Assembly (NCBI GenBank): GCA_964187785.1
Contig: OZ076409.1
Coordinates: forward strand, 9,550,001-9,614,000
DNA: 64,000 nucleotides
Direction of reading: 5' to 3'
DNA from: Amphiscolops sp. MND2022
Taxonomy: Eukaryota
Under the pieces are notes generated by a model. That model was given only the letters and a program-made list of their open reading frames with translations. It was not told the origin of the DNA and made no database searches. This document shows positions 43,399-54,822 of this stretch, piece after piece. How positions within the stretch are numbered: position 1 is the first letter of the stretch; each line of letters opens with the position of its first letter. A program made the position numbers and the translations under genes.

Positions 43399-46300
43399 AT
43401 GGATTTCTTCCGAGGAAGCATACCGCCTAATTTTATCTCCTTCCATTTAGGGAATGAAAATACCGAGGAAGGACAAACACCAGCCTCTGATTCCCACATC
43501 CAGTCTACACCGAATGTGATGCCATCTCCACCGCCATTTCCTCCCCTCAGAGCCCCCATCTCTCCCAGCAGTACTGACAGTAACGTCGATGTCACTGCAT
43601 ATGCTGAAGAAAGAGTCAGGGTTTACGAGCGTATTCAGGGCTTGACTTCAACTCCGAATATCGACTTAGCCGACAAAGTTCCCAAGAAGGTTGGTGAGTC
43701 TGAAGAAGCCAAGGAAAGAGAGCCAACAGAGGTCAGGGAGGGAGCTACCAGTATCTCACCCATCAATCCGATCCAAACTGATCCGATTTCCCCAAACATT
43801 CGTGCCAGTACCCCAACTCCAGGGGCTTCCAATATCCAGCAGGAAATGGATTTGACCCAGTTGGAAAGTGGCCTAAAGGTTGCTACTTCCTCCCGAACCA
43901 CGTTACCGGAATTACTACCAGCCGGACATTCTAACAATGAAACGTCTGCGGTTTCTTTCCTCCAGCACGAGACTGACGATAGTTCGTCCTTTTGTGATGC
44001 CCCAGAGCTTCCCCAAGGAGTAACCAAGGTGCGGTTCCTAGACGGGGGAACCGAGACAGAAGAGACAGGGGATGGGACGAGTCAGCTTAGCTGTCCCGAG
44101 TTATACAGCTTTATCCCTGCACCCCACAACCCAACATCGAGTGAAGAAGACACTCTTACTCATAGTCCCAAAGACCCAACTGCTGAGTCTAGGCCCGGTC
44201 CCTCTGGTCCATCTCACCCTGAATTGAGGGAGTTATCTGGACGGAGTAGGGCTATTTTGAAACAATATTTTGATGAAGATGCCACAACCGTCTCTCTTCC
44301 TCTAGGCCACCGGACTGTCGCTTTCACGGAGCCACAGGTTTATCACCTCCTCCGAGTTCTTACCGACGAGACGTTGCAAATGTCTTATACGACCATGGAA
44401 AAGATGGTGTTAGGTGCAGTCAGAGGAGCCCCAGTTACGGCCAAGTCTCGTACGGACCATTTCAAAATCAGGCGCAGGGCACAAACTCCTCATCCACGAG
44501 ACCTCAGTGATAGCAGCGATGGGTCGCAGAGTTACGACGATTTTGGCCCAAGTACGGATTCTGCCGGTGACCCCAATACTGAGAGCGAAGATGGGGTTTT
44601 CGATTCCCCCAACGAGACTGACAGTTCCGCGGAAATGGCCCTAATTTCTCAGGCTTTCAAAGAGCCTAACTTGGTTGAACCTGATCCGACCAGCCAAAGA
44701 ATAGTAGATGTCGGCCGTCAGAATGAAGGTCATGAGTCGACTGGGCAATCAAGCTTGGATGCAACATTGTCAGAGTTGCGTCACCAGGAAGTACCGCGTC
44801 CAAGCGAGACTCGTGAAGAATCCAAAAAGAAGCGTCGCGGGCCCACTAGAGGGGTCCCCATGAAGGAGGAATTCTTTGCGAAGATTGGGTGGACCCGATC
44901 TTTCATCTCTGGACCAGCCGACCCATTACACATTCCCCATATGGTCTGGTGCCATATTTGTAAGAAGAATTTTTCCGTGAAGACCAAAGGCACTCTGGAG
45001 ATCCTACGACATCACCGGACAGAAAAACACTTGCGCAAGGACCAGAGATGGCGTTATGAGCACCTAAAAAGCGTCCATCCTGTCACTGGTAAGGTGCAAC
45101 ACCGGGTGAGGGGCAGAAACGGCAAAGTTCTGACCAAGATAGAGCTGGCTAAAGAACTCCCTCTGTTCATACATGCCGAGTTGGTTGATATCGGGGAACG
45201 TTTCCCCTTTTACGACGATTTCGTCAAAGGAACAGCGACCACCCTCGTAACTCCAGCGTCTCGTGCCAAGACTCAGATTCACCTCATCGCAGATTTTGTG
45301 CAGCATCAGGAAGACCTTTCTATTTTACGGCGGATGTGGTCACAGGTCGGCTCCCTAACCAACTACCAAGCCAGCTACTGCGATTTTGACTGGAGTGAAG
45401 ATAGAGTCTCGGTTGGTAGTTTTGTTTTTTTCTTTTTACTATCGAGGTGCACTGTAAATATCCGATTTAATATTCCTATTTTCTTTTAAGGCGATCTTCC
45501 AGCACATCTTCAACTGTGCCATGGAGGACATGGCAGAACAAATAGCGGCAACACAGTGCTTTGGGCTTGAGTACGAACGGGTTGGAGTCAACAAGCTCAT
45601 GTCTGTGAGATTTTGGAAGGGAGACTCACTGTGTAGAGTCTTCGTTTGTCGAAGTGGGCTTCCTTCCACCGACTTGACAGGAGAATTGGGGTCCCTTTCC
45701 AGATTTCTCTCGGTCGTGTCTACCAAGGTTGACATAGTTGCTTGTTCCGGCTGCCCCGTTGAGCTGATTTGTACTATCGACAGATGTGCACTATTTCCAC
45801 GAGCAGTACAGAGCTGTTTTCGATTCGAACATTTGGATTTGCAGACCATGATGCGCAAACCTACTTACAGTGTGTTCGGCAGAATCGACTTTTTCTCCGT
45901 GTTGAAGAGCTTACTGGTGTCCTTAGGATCTGCTGCCGATGAGGATTGGGCCATGCAATCACCCGAATTACTTCAAGTTAGTATCTTCCCTTTCACACGT
46001 CGATAGTGTTAACTAGTACACAGGACTCACTGTTTAATAGTGGTCCATTTTGGGCTATTTCCACTTGCAAACTGAATTTGCCTGATCTCCCTGGTCTCTG
46101 TCGCGACTTGTCAAAAAACTGGAAAGCAGTGCGTTCCTTTCTGACTGCTCACACTCCACATCAAGGCATGCAAGGGGTTCACAATCAGGTAAGGATTCTC
46201 TTCGGGCCTTTTGAATTTCAATGAGTTGGTTTCCAAGTCAATGGGTTAATGGACCGGCGATATCGGTTGCATGTGACTTACTTAGATCATGTTACAGGTT

Positions 46301-47686
46301 CAGAGCTTTGAATGGTCCCTCATCTGCGACACCTTCTTTGTTGTGAAATTGGAATTCTTCCAACGTATTATCAGTGACTGTAAGTATACGGACCTTTTGG
46401 GTTTATCACTGCTCGCTTCTAGCTTCATATCCCAAACTCTTGAATCCTGGTAGGGCAGTAAGCCCTGTTTCCTCGGTTGGTCATTTAGGCATACGGTTGG
46501 GTTTTTTCATGTGACCGGTTGTGTTTCAGACGTGTCCAGTTTCGTTGTCAACCTTCAAGGCAGACGAGATGCTACTTTCTTCCTTTGTGGGGAAGTCTGC
46601 CGATTCATCTCTAAGTTGTGCTCCCGTTGTTATCTGCCTGAAACGATCCCTGTCGAGAAAGATTGGTTCCTCTTGCTTGGTTTCGCCGTCGGTGAAGGCA
46701 AATTCCTTACTGAGGAGGACTTCCTGGTTCGACTGCGCTTGGTGAACAAAGTAGCGACTGCAAGTAAACAGAGTGCTGAAATCGTCCACTTGAATAAGAA
46801 GTCTGAGAAGGCTGCAATTGAGAAGACGGCGGATGAGGCAACTTCCAGTTTTGCCAGGGAAGGCCTCCACTTCGTACAGTATCTCTTGAAGGAGGTTCTC
46901 AATCAGGCTGGATTACGATCAGAGATTGTGAAGGGGTTGGCAGCTTTCGACCCTTTCATTTTATTCAAAAGACCTTCAGAAGTCGGCCTTCGTCACTTCG
47001 ATTTGTTATACGCTACCTTCCAACATCGGTCTTGGGTCTCATCTGCCAACGAGGATGCTTGCCGGGAGGAGTACATTGCCCTATTGGACCATCTTCGAGT
47101 GAGCTACCCCCCTGACTTCGATCTCCTAGAGAATTCCAAGGACCTCATCGACTTCATTATGGGACTAGAGTTCTTCCAGACTCATGAACATTTGCTCTAT
47201 TTGTTCAAATTGTGTTGTCTGTGTTTGACTAGTTCCAGTCCTCAGTATCCTCCTGTGTTATTTGGGAGTGTAGACACCACTGGATATCGTGGGCGCTTTA
47301 CTGATTTGGTCCTGCCTTGTCAAAGTTATCTTTCCTCCGTTCCTGATTCCATCTCTGGTTGCGTAACCGATGCCAATTTGGATAAATTTTCGCATCTCAG
47401 TGCCACCTTCGAACAGTCTGCCTTTGGTGCCGATTATGACCCGTGGACGTATGTTGATGTGTTTGGGCGATCCAAAATTTATAAGAGCTTATTGGCTTCA
47501 TATAAGCTCACTACATCCATCTCTGTTGCCCGCTCAGTTCGCTTGGAGGAGAGGAGTGTTTCATCCGTCCCCGATGAGTCTGCCCTGAAGATTCCTTCTA
47601 AGTTGCGAAGAAAAAGGCAGGGTAGCAACAGCTCAAGTCTTTCCTCAAGTTCTAAGAAGCCTGTCCAAGGTTCCTCTAAAGACTAG
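43399..47686 (+). CDS. antisense spliced accessory gene of element 2, ~1300 aa, BED-like zinc finger plus hAT-transposase-like region
   Basis: Exons 43399-45411, 45491-45976, 46024-46188, 46298-46379 and 46530-47686 join in frame through four GT-AG introns (3903 nt). Zinc finger WCHICKKNFSV..EILRHHRTEKH. Confidence 0.8.
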
Positions 47687-47901
47687 TATGTACATATGTA
47701 TTTATGTACGTTTTGAAACTGTAAACTTTTGTTCATTCTCTTAATGTTGTTGTATTTGTTTCTTTCTGATCCCATATTTATTCTCTTCTCCGAGGGGTCT
47801 TCTAGATGTCCCGCTATTTACTCAAAAGATACTAAAGGGGCCGAAAAAATGAAACTAAAAAATGAAGGAAAAGAGCTCCCATTTTCGGGAAAATTCAATT
47901 C

Positions 47902-50900
47902 TTAGTATCTGAAGTCTTCTGAGTAGTTCGGATTAGGGTTAGGCCTGAGATTATATTTCCCTCCTCTAGGGCTCAGACTTTCATTTCTAGCATCGTTTTC
48001 AGATATTTCGGGCACGATAATATCATCCCCCCTTTTCGGAGATTTTTGTGCATCGACTTCTGTTCTAAAATTTTCATCGGGTAAAATTTCTTTGTCTTTC
48101 AGGCTGTCTGCCGTATCCGGCAAAGATTTTTCACGGCTTTTTGGGGAAATGGCCGGATTCGGCCAATCAAGTTCTTCATTTCTAGACTGTTCATTAGCTT
48201 CATTTCTTGTAGTGACGTCATCAATTAATCGTTCATTCCGGCTATGCGACGCTCGGTCGGCAAGATTTGATTTATCACTCGTGATTACATAATCCACTTC
48301 ATTCTCGTGTGCGTCACTCGTATTCGGCTGCTCCGCATTCGGTTGTTCGCCATTCGGTACGCTAGTCGGAATAGTCTCGTTGTCTCGTGTAACTAGCTGC
48401 TCTCCAAAATCTGTTTCCCACGTTATGACGTATAGGTCATCTTGCGGAATGACAATTTCTTCGTCTGGCTGCAGACGTTGTTCTCGGAAATTGTCTTCAA
48501 GCGGTTGATTGGGAATAAATTTTTTAAGGCGAATGCGATGCAAAATTTGAGTTTTGTTCGTATTGATCCTTCGTACTATGTAGTTTTGATTTGGCAAAAC
48601 CTTTTGGACTACAAATGGTCCAACCCAGCGGTAATCGCGGAATGGAATTTTTGATCCTTGATGATCCGCTTTCGGCTGTAAAACGAAACAGTCATCATTC
48701 TCCTTCAATGGAGCAGCTTTTGCTTTGCGGTCGTAATATTCTTTGTACTTGATGTACGACTGCATAATGTTCTGTTTCGTTTTATCAATTAGGATTTTTG
48801 TCCGGTTTTGGATTTCTTCAGCAAATTCGGTTGTGGGGTTAATCTGCTCATTTGGATTATTTCCAAGTTTGTGATCCAAGATATTAAATGGAATTCTTCC
48901 ATGGAATACTCTCGTCGGTTCACAACCGATGCTGGCGTGATAGCTATTATTATGATTCAGTACTGCTAATGGCAAGTATTTGTGCCATTGTCGGCGATAT
49001 TCTCCACATGCCATTTTGAGATTTGTTTTCAATGAGGCATGAGTTCGCTCCAATTTTCCAATTGTCTGCGGGTGTTTCGTCGTGGCGCATTTGAGTGTAA
49101 TGCCCAAAATCTGCGTAATTTCCGCGATTATTGTAGAAGTAAATGCAGTACCTTTGTCGGTGATAAGAGTCGTTGGTAGATATGAGTGTTTAGTCATTAT
49201 ATCAATGAGCGCTTTTGCCACGTTGATAGCTGATGCGTCCGTGAGAGGGTAAGCAAATAAATATCTGGAGAAAACATCAATTGCCGTTAGGACATTTTCA
49301 TACCCTCCACTTGGGGGAAGATTCGGCAATAGGTCAATCTGCATGGCGTCTTCAGGTCCAAGGTCCCATTCGGGCAAGTTGAGCAGCTCAGGTGTGATCG
49401 TTGCGTTAGGGACTCTCTTGTCTCTGGCACATTGTTCACACCCTTCTACCCACTTTTTGACGTGTTTAGCCATGCTAGGGTAGTAATACCTCTGTCTAAT
49501 TTCCTGTAGCATTTTTGAAATCCCGGGGTGTTTATGCGCTGTCCCGTGAAGGGATTGAAGCAATTCCCGGAGTAAGTGTTGCGGGAGTAGAATTTGATGG
49601 TATTTAACATTCCCTGTTTCATCAAAATATTGCCTCGTCAGGATTTCGTCCTTGAGTACGATTCGTTCCAGATTATTTGCATAGTGTCTATATCGAGTAT
49701 CCTGTTGCAGTATGTTTTCTGAATAGTCTTCATGAAGGAGTTTTGCCTTCAATTGTTGTAATACTGTATCTTTGGATTGCTCAATAATGATCTGGTTCGT
49801 TTTCCTCAATCGGACTTGTATATCGGGGTGTTGCTTGACCAGATTTGTTGACAGAGTTTGTATAGTAATAGTGGGCTCATCAGTTGCTGGATTTTTCCTG
49901 ATTGCTTCTTTTCTTGCCCAATACTGTTCCTCTGTCTCATCGTCATCATTGGTGTAGAAGATTTGTTCTTCTTGCGACACCCCTGCGGATTGGACATTGA
50001 TTTCGATTGGTAGTGTTTGTACATCTTCACGAATTTTCATTACTAATTTGTCCTTCGGATCTGCTTCCAATCGGGACAAGTAGTCGGCAGCTGTATTTTG
50101 TGCCCCTGGGATGTGTGCTATGACAAAATTGAACTGAATGACATAATCACACGCGTTCCACAGGGCTGGGGGTATTATTTTTGTTTGGAAAAATCTCGTG
50201 ACTGCTTTGTTGTCGGTAAGGATGATGACTGGTTTCGGCGCACCCCAGAATATATGTCCGAATTCTTTAAATGCAAAATAAATTGCAAGGAATTCCTTTG
50301 CGTAAATTGACATCTTTATCTGTGCTGGGGTGAAAGTTTTCGATCCGTATGCGACTGGAGCATACGATTTCCTGAGTGACGTGAATTTCTGGTTCGGGTC
50401 ATCTTCAATTAAGACCGCGTATCCGGCTGCACCAAAACTTGCGTCAGTCATTAGTGCTATTTGCTTGTTCGGAATGGGTTGCTGTAGGGCTAAGTCGCAA
50501 CATTTGTCTAGCGCTCTATTGATTTCTTCGAATTGTTGGACTAATTCTTTCGATACTAGGACCTTTTCGTCACTTTTGAGCATCTTGTAGAATGGAGCAA
50601 GGCGTTCGGAGAGTCTTGGGACATAATTCCTGTAGTAGTTCAGGAATCCCAAGTAGCGCTGCAAAGCCTTTTTCGACTTTGGGAATTTGGTCTTTTCCAG
50701 AAAGTTTTGCACGTTCTGTTTCTGGGGTTTGACGCCTTGCGGGGTAATAGTCCGTCCGAGAAAATCAATTTCTTTTGCACCGAAGTGACATTTGTGCATT
50801 GTCAACTTAAGGCCTGCTTCCTGAATGCATTTGAATGTTGCTCTCAGGTTCGTCATGAGGTGGTCGACATCATTGGCTGCGATGCCGATATCGTCCACAT

Positions 50901-53103
50901 ACTGGGCGCACTGATCCGCTTTAATGACTTTGTCGAGGTATTCCCTCATGAAACTCGAGAATGCGGATAGTGACCGACTAAGGCCTTGTGCTAAGCGTCT
51001 GTAAGCGAATGTGCGACTGGCAAAATTGAAAGCCAGCATTTCGATTGAACGTTGGTCAGCCATTGGTAGGCAGTGGTATGCCTGCGAACAGTCTAATTTA
51101 CAGAACAGTTTTTTGCCTGCCAAGTGTTGGGCAGCATCAACCAGGGTGCTAACAGGGTGATTATTGTTTATATAATCATCCGAGATGAGGTTGTTGATTT
51201 TCCTCAAGTCAACCAGGAGTCGTAGCTTCCCATTTGGTTTCTTTTGGGCGAATATTGGGCTTGCATACTTTGAGAACGGCAGTCTAGTTATTATGCCATA
51301 TTTATGTAACATGGCTAATTCGACGAGGATGTCTTCCTTCAAATTGATAGGGGCCGGAAGACTTTGACTATAGGCTGGGGAATCATCTTTAGGTGTCAGT
51401 TTCACCTTGAAGTCTTCGTTCATGCCTATATCAAATCGGTGTCGTGCAAAGATGTCATGGAATTCCACTAACAATTCCTCTATTTTCTCCTTCTCTTCAG
51501 GAGTAAGGGTGTAATCTTTCCAATCGAAATTTTTTAAGAACTTTGTACGTGATTCTTCATCTTGAGTAGGGTCAAGTGTCTCGAGGTCTTGTAAGGCCTG
51601 TAATTCCTGGAGGATTCGTTTTTGTATCGGCGTATGTTCCTCAGGATTTCCAGGATTTTCTGTGGTTGGGAACCAGTAATTTTCAGAGTTTTGTGGATTT
51701 CTATTAGTTTTGATGAGACTGCTGACATAGTGGGCTGCCTGCTCTTGATCATTCTGTAAGAGATGCCAGGTTGATGCCGGGTCCACCGGTTTGACATATT
51801 TCATTTGTTCTGGCGTCATAACAGAGAAATTGGCAATATGGAGTCCCTTTTTGAGTTTATAGGTGTGGTCTGTGAAATTATTCACAGGTATCGATATGTT
51901 GCCATCATTCAGAGTGACCAAAGCTGGGCAAAATGTGATGTCGCCTTCTTCATGTAGAAGGTCGCTCGGTTGTAAAATCCCGGTGACAGCATTCTCAGGG
52001 TACAGTAGGGAATTTGTCCTAATTAGGACTCTGTCATTTGGAGGAATGGTTATCTCAATGGGATTGAGAATTGGTTCTAGTACATTTGAATGTTTATGAT
52101 CAGCTGTTTTGAGCTGCATTGAAAAGAATGGGAAGTTTAGTATTCCTTGTCTCATGTCCAGAACTGTATGATTTCGTTGAAGGAACATTAGTCCAATGAT
52201 CGGACCTGTCAGGTGTTCCATGACTATGAAAATCTCGTGAAACTCGATGTCACCAACTTCAAATTTGAGCTCTATGGTACTCTTGGGAGTTTCCAATTGC
52301 CCATTAGCGACCATTATTTGGAAATTCGGAGGCGGGCCTTCCCGGATAACAGATTGTGGAGATAAAAGTCGGATTTTCCGGAGGTCCATTTCAGGAATTG
52401 CACTGGACAGCGCTCCAGTGTCGATGAGTCCATCAATGGTCAATTCCCCAAAGTCCATTGGGAAATACAACATGCGTTTCTTGCATTTGAGATTGATGTT
52501 GGTTGACAAAGGTATACAGTCTGGTTCGCCGTCCCTTGTGATTAGGACATTTTGGAATTGTTTCTCATCTAGTAGTGATTGCTGTATGGGTTCAGTATTG
52601 TTGTCATGGTTCTCGGTCCCCAATGGGTTTGGGAACACTGGGTGGTTCGTGCCATCATTCATTTGCCAGTTTTCAATTAATGCTCTGGTCTTCTTATTGT
52701 GGGTGATGGGAGGATTCTCGTGGACTGATTGATTGTAATGTTCGATATCATCTAGAACGTACTGGAATTGCAGTAAATCTTGGTTGTAAATCTCGGTGTC
52801 CCAATAGGGATCTCTGCCGTAGTCTGGGTCGATGTACGTTGGATTGTAATTATCTACCAGGGGAATGGGCCTGAACCGGGTAGTGAAGGTAGTGGTATAG
52901 TCAGGGTCCCAAACAGGAATTGGTTTTTGGAATAAATGAGTGTTGTTATAGGTGATGGTGGTAGCCTTGTCCATCTGTTGCTGCCAGACAACAGAGGGAT
53001 AGCCCATCAATTGCTGATTGTATTGGTGGAAAGTTTGCGTTGGAGGATCCGACCTGATGTATTGGCGGACGGATATCAGTTCGTTGTATTGGAGTCGTGG
53101 CAA
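47902..53103 (-). CDS. pol: Pol of element 2 (protease, RT, RNase H, integrase), intact 1733-aa frame
   Basis: LIDTGA; LAQG..YVDD; TDAS; H..H..CEQC with QID/TDKG/LERTH; WVGPF. Confidence 0.96.
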   Translation of the reverse strand: MPRLQYNELISVRQYIRSDPPTQTFHQYNQQLMGYPSVVWQQQMDKATTITYNNTHLFQKPIPVWDPDYTTTFTTRFRPIPLVDNYNPTYIDPDYGRDPYWDTEIYNQDLLQFQYVLDDIEHYNQSVHENPPITHNKKTRALIENWQMNDGTNHPVFPNPLGTENHDNNTEPIQQSLLDEKQFQNVLITRDGEPDCIPLSTNINLKCKKRMLYFPMDFGELTIDGLIDTGALSSAIPEMDLRKIRLLSPQSVIREGPPPNFQIMVANGQLETPKSTIELKFEVGDIEFHEIFIVMEHLTGPIIGLMFLQRNHTVLDMRQGILNFPFFSMQLKTADHKHSNVLEPILNPIEITIPPNDRVLIRTNSLLYPENAVTGILQPSDLLHEEGDITFCPALVTLNDGNISIPVNNFTDHTYKLKKGLHIANFSVMTPEQMKYVKPVDPASTWHLLQNDQEQAAHYVSSLIKTNRNPQNSENYWFPTTENPGNPEEHTPIQKRILQELQALQDLETLDPTQDEESRTKFLKNFDWKDYTLTPEEKEKIEELLVEFHDIFARHRFDIGMNEDFKVKLTPKDDSPAYSQSLPAPINLKEDILVELAMLHKYGIITRLPFSKYASPIFAQKKPNGKLRLLVDLRKINNLISDDYINNNHPVSTLVDAAQHLAGKKLFCKLDCSQAYHCLPMADQRSIEMLAFNFASRTFAYRRLAQGLSRSLSAFSSFMREYLDKVIKADQCAQYVDDIGIAANDVDHLMTNLRATFKCIQEAGLKLTMHKCHFGAKEIDFLGRTITPQGVKPQKQNVQNFLEKTKFPKSKKALQRYLGFLNYYRNYVPRLSERLAPFYKMLKSDEKVLVSKELVQQFEEINRALDKCCDLALQQPIPNKQIALMTDASFGAAGYAVLIEDDPNQKFTSLRKSYAPVAYGSKTFTPAQIKMSIYAKEFLAIYFAFKEFGHIFWGAPKPVIILTDNKAVTRFFQTKIIPPALWNACDYVIQFNFVIAHIPGAQNTAADYLSRLEADPKDKLVMKIREDVQTLPIEINVQSAGVSQEEQIFYTNDDDETEEQYWARKEAIRKNPATDEPTITIQTLSTNLVKQHPDIQVRLRKTNQIIIEQSKDTVLQQLKAKLLHEDYSENILQQDTRYRHYANNLERIVLKDEILTRQYFDETGNVKYHQILLPQHLLRELLQSLHGTAHKHPGISKMLQEIRQRYYYPSMAKHVKKWVEGCEQCARDKRVPNATITPELLNLPEWDLGPEDAMQIDLLPNLPPSGGYENVLTAIDVFSRYLFAYPLTDASAINVAKALIDIMTKHSYLPTTLITDKGTAFTSTIIAEITQILGITLKCATTKHPQTIGKLERTHASLKTNLKMACGEYRRQWHKYLPLAVLNHNNSYHASIGCEPTRVFHGRIPFNILDHKLGNNPNEQINPTTEFAEEIQNRTKILIDKTKQNIMQSYIKYKEYYDRKAKAAPLKENDDCFVLQPKADHQGSKIPFRDYRWVGPFVVQKVLPNQNYIVRRINTNKTQILHRIRLKKFIPNQPLEDNFREQRLQPDEEIVIPQDDLYVITWETDFGEQLVTRDNETIPTSVPNGEQPNAEQPNTSDAHENEVDYVITSDKSNLADRASHSRNERLIDDVTTRNEANEQSRNEELDWPNPAISPKSREKSLPDTADSLKDKEILPDENFRTEVDAQKSPKRGDDIIVPEISENDARNESLSPRGGKYNLRPNPNPNYSEDFRY

Positions 53104-53105
53104 AG

Positions 53106-54822
53106 TTAGTTTTTTGACTCATCATTAGAAGATGAGGATTGTGAGTTTGAAGATGTTGACTTGTTTTGCGGTTTCTGCGCCTTTGAATTGGGCTTTCCGT
53201 CATTGGCGTCATCTGGTCTGGTGCGTTTGGGTTTGAGATGCGCACCGGCGCCTTGCCAACATCTTTCTTCGGGGTGGTTCTTTTTACCACAAGTACCACA
53301 CTCCGGATACGTCTTTTTCTGAGTCTGTTTGCCTTGTTGGGCATCTTTTTCCTTTTTCTTTTTGAGTTTTTCGCAGTCCTTTACCATGTGGCCCTTTTCC
53401 TTGCAATAATTGCAGGTAATGTCTGACATTTGCCCAGTGGACAGAGGAGTTTTGGGCTTAGTCGATGAGGAGGTCATTGTTGCTATTGGTAGATCGTCTG
53501 ACTCCTCGAGGGCGTTAAGCTCTAATTCTCTCTCCAAATGAGCAACTATCTCATCGTATGAGCCATTTTCTAATCTGGCCATGTTAACAGACCGCTTCAG
53601 TTTCGGTGGCAGTTTTGCGTAAAGCAAACTGTCAATCATCTTTTGTGCTTGATCCCCGAATGCTTTTTCTGCCCCTTGATTTAGTTCTTCAAGGAAATCT
53701 GGCAGTTTCATCGTGTTGGGATCAAAGACTAGACGGTGCCATTTATGTTTGGCAGTTGCCTGTGATTCGGGTTTGACGTATTTTCGTCTGAATATTATCA
53801 ATACGTCTTCTAAAGTCTGTCTATTGCTCGAGCTGATGTTCCGGAAGGTTTGGAGAGCATTCTTCCTCAGCAGTGAGTGGAAGTGATTGATTTTCATCTG
53901 TTCCGTCATTTCCGGTTGCATCTTGATCATCGTGTGGAATAGGTCCTCAAACAGCTCGAATTTTTCACTCTTGCCATCAAAGTCATTGTGTTTGAATTGA
54001 CTGGGCGTATAGTGAGTTGTTGGGCTGTCGGCCTATTCTGCATCGTTGTCAAGACATCTGCTAGTCGAGTAATAGGTCAGTTTGAGCAGCCTGAGCATTT
54101 CTCTCTTGCGCTGGGATCGTCGTGTCAAGGTTAATATCCTCATAGGACCTGTCGAGATGGTTTCTGGATGAGATTCGTCCCGTGAGAAACTCAGGAACTT
54201 CGATTGGAGATTCGTTTTCTCCTGTCACCATGTCGTAAGCGCGAGAATTCGTGCTTGTGAATCCGTCTTTGAGACGGTCGTTACCTTGCTTACTCTTAGA
54301 ATTGTTCCTAGGTTCTAAGTTTTGCAGCACTTCGGAATATCCTTCCGGTCTCTCGGCCGGAACGTTCCATCTCTCTTTGGTCAATTGTCCCGATCCGGCC
54401 ATAACTGCATTTTGGATTTGAGGTAAAATTTGGCTACTAATGGCTTCATTTATGGCTCTTTGGATCTGAACACTGACGCTATTCATCATTTCATCCATCT
54501 CTCGAGATATACGAGAATTTAACTCACTCGACAATCTATTGATCTCAACACTTGAACACTCTCTGATTGAATTATGGCCTAATTCGGTATTTGGACTAGG
54601 TCCATTATTTTCCGGGTTTGGGAACTCATTCTCATTTTCTTCTCCCAACTCATCTCCGAATAAGCTTTCTGGCCTACCGGTCCGATTACTATTCACACTT
54701 TCATTTCTCTCATTTCTATCAAAATGATTTCTTCCGAGCATAATATCTAAATTCTCAATGTCTGATAGCATATCTGCTTCTCTAGATTTCCTTGTTTTCT
54801 TCTGTTTTCTAGTGGTAGGCAT
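53106..54822 (-). CDS. gag: Gag of element 2 (two apparent 1-nt homopolymer deletions near 54075 and 53980)
   Basis: Restoring one C and one T joins ORFs 54061-54822 and 53106-53930 via DPITRLADVLTTMQNRPTAQQLTIRPVNSNTMTFDGKSEKFELFEDLF. Zinc knuckles CNYCKEKGHMVKDC and CGTCGKKNHPEERC. Confidence 0.88.
53109..53115 (-). promoter_or_regulatory. -1 ribosomal frameshift slippery site A AAA AAC at the gag/pol junction
   Basis: Heptamer sits directly before the gag TAA and pol is in the -1 frame. Confidence 0.8.
54213..54230 (-). promoter_or_regulatory. primer-binding site of element 2, embedded in gag coding sequence
   Basis: TGGTGACAGGAG.. directly after the LTR-terminal CA; cognate tRNA not assigned. 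Confidence 0.65.

Noticed and set aside
51830..52080. active dUTPase between protease and RT
   Set aside because: Only a degenerate beta-rich pattern common in gypsy Pol; the catalytic dUTPase motifs are not recognisable
53970..54085. recoding sites within element 2 gag
   Set aside because: Two single-base losses in homopolymers within ~100 bp look like consensus errors or mutations
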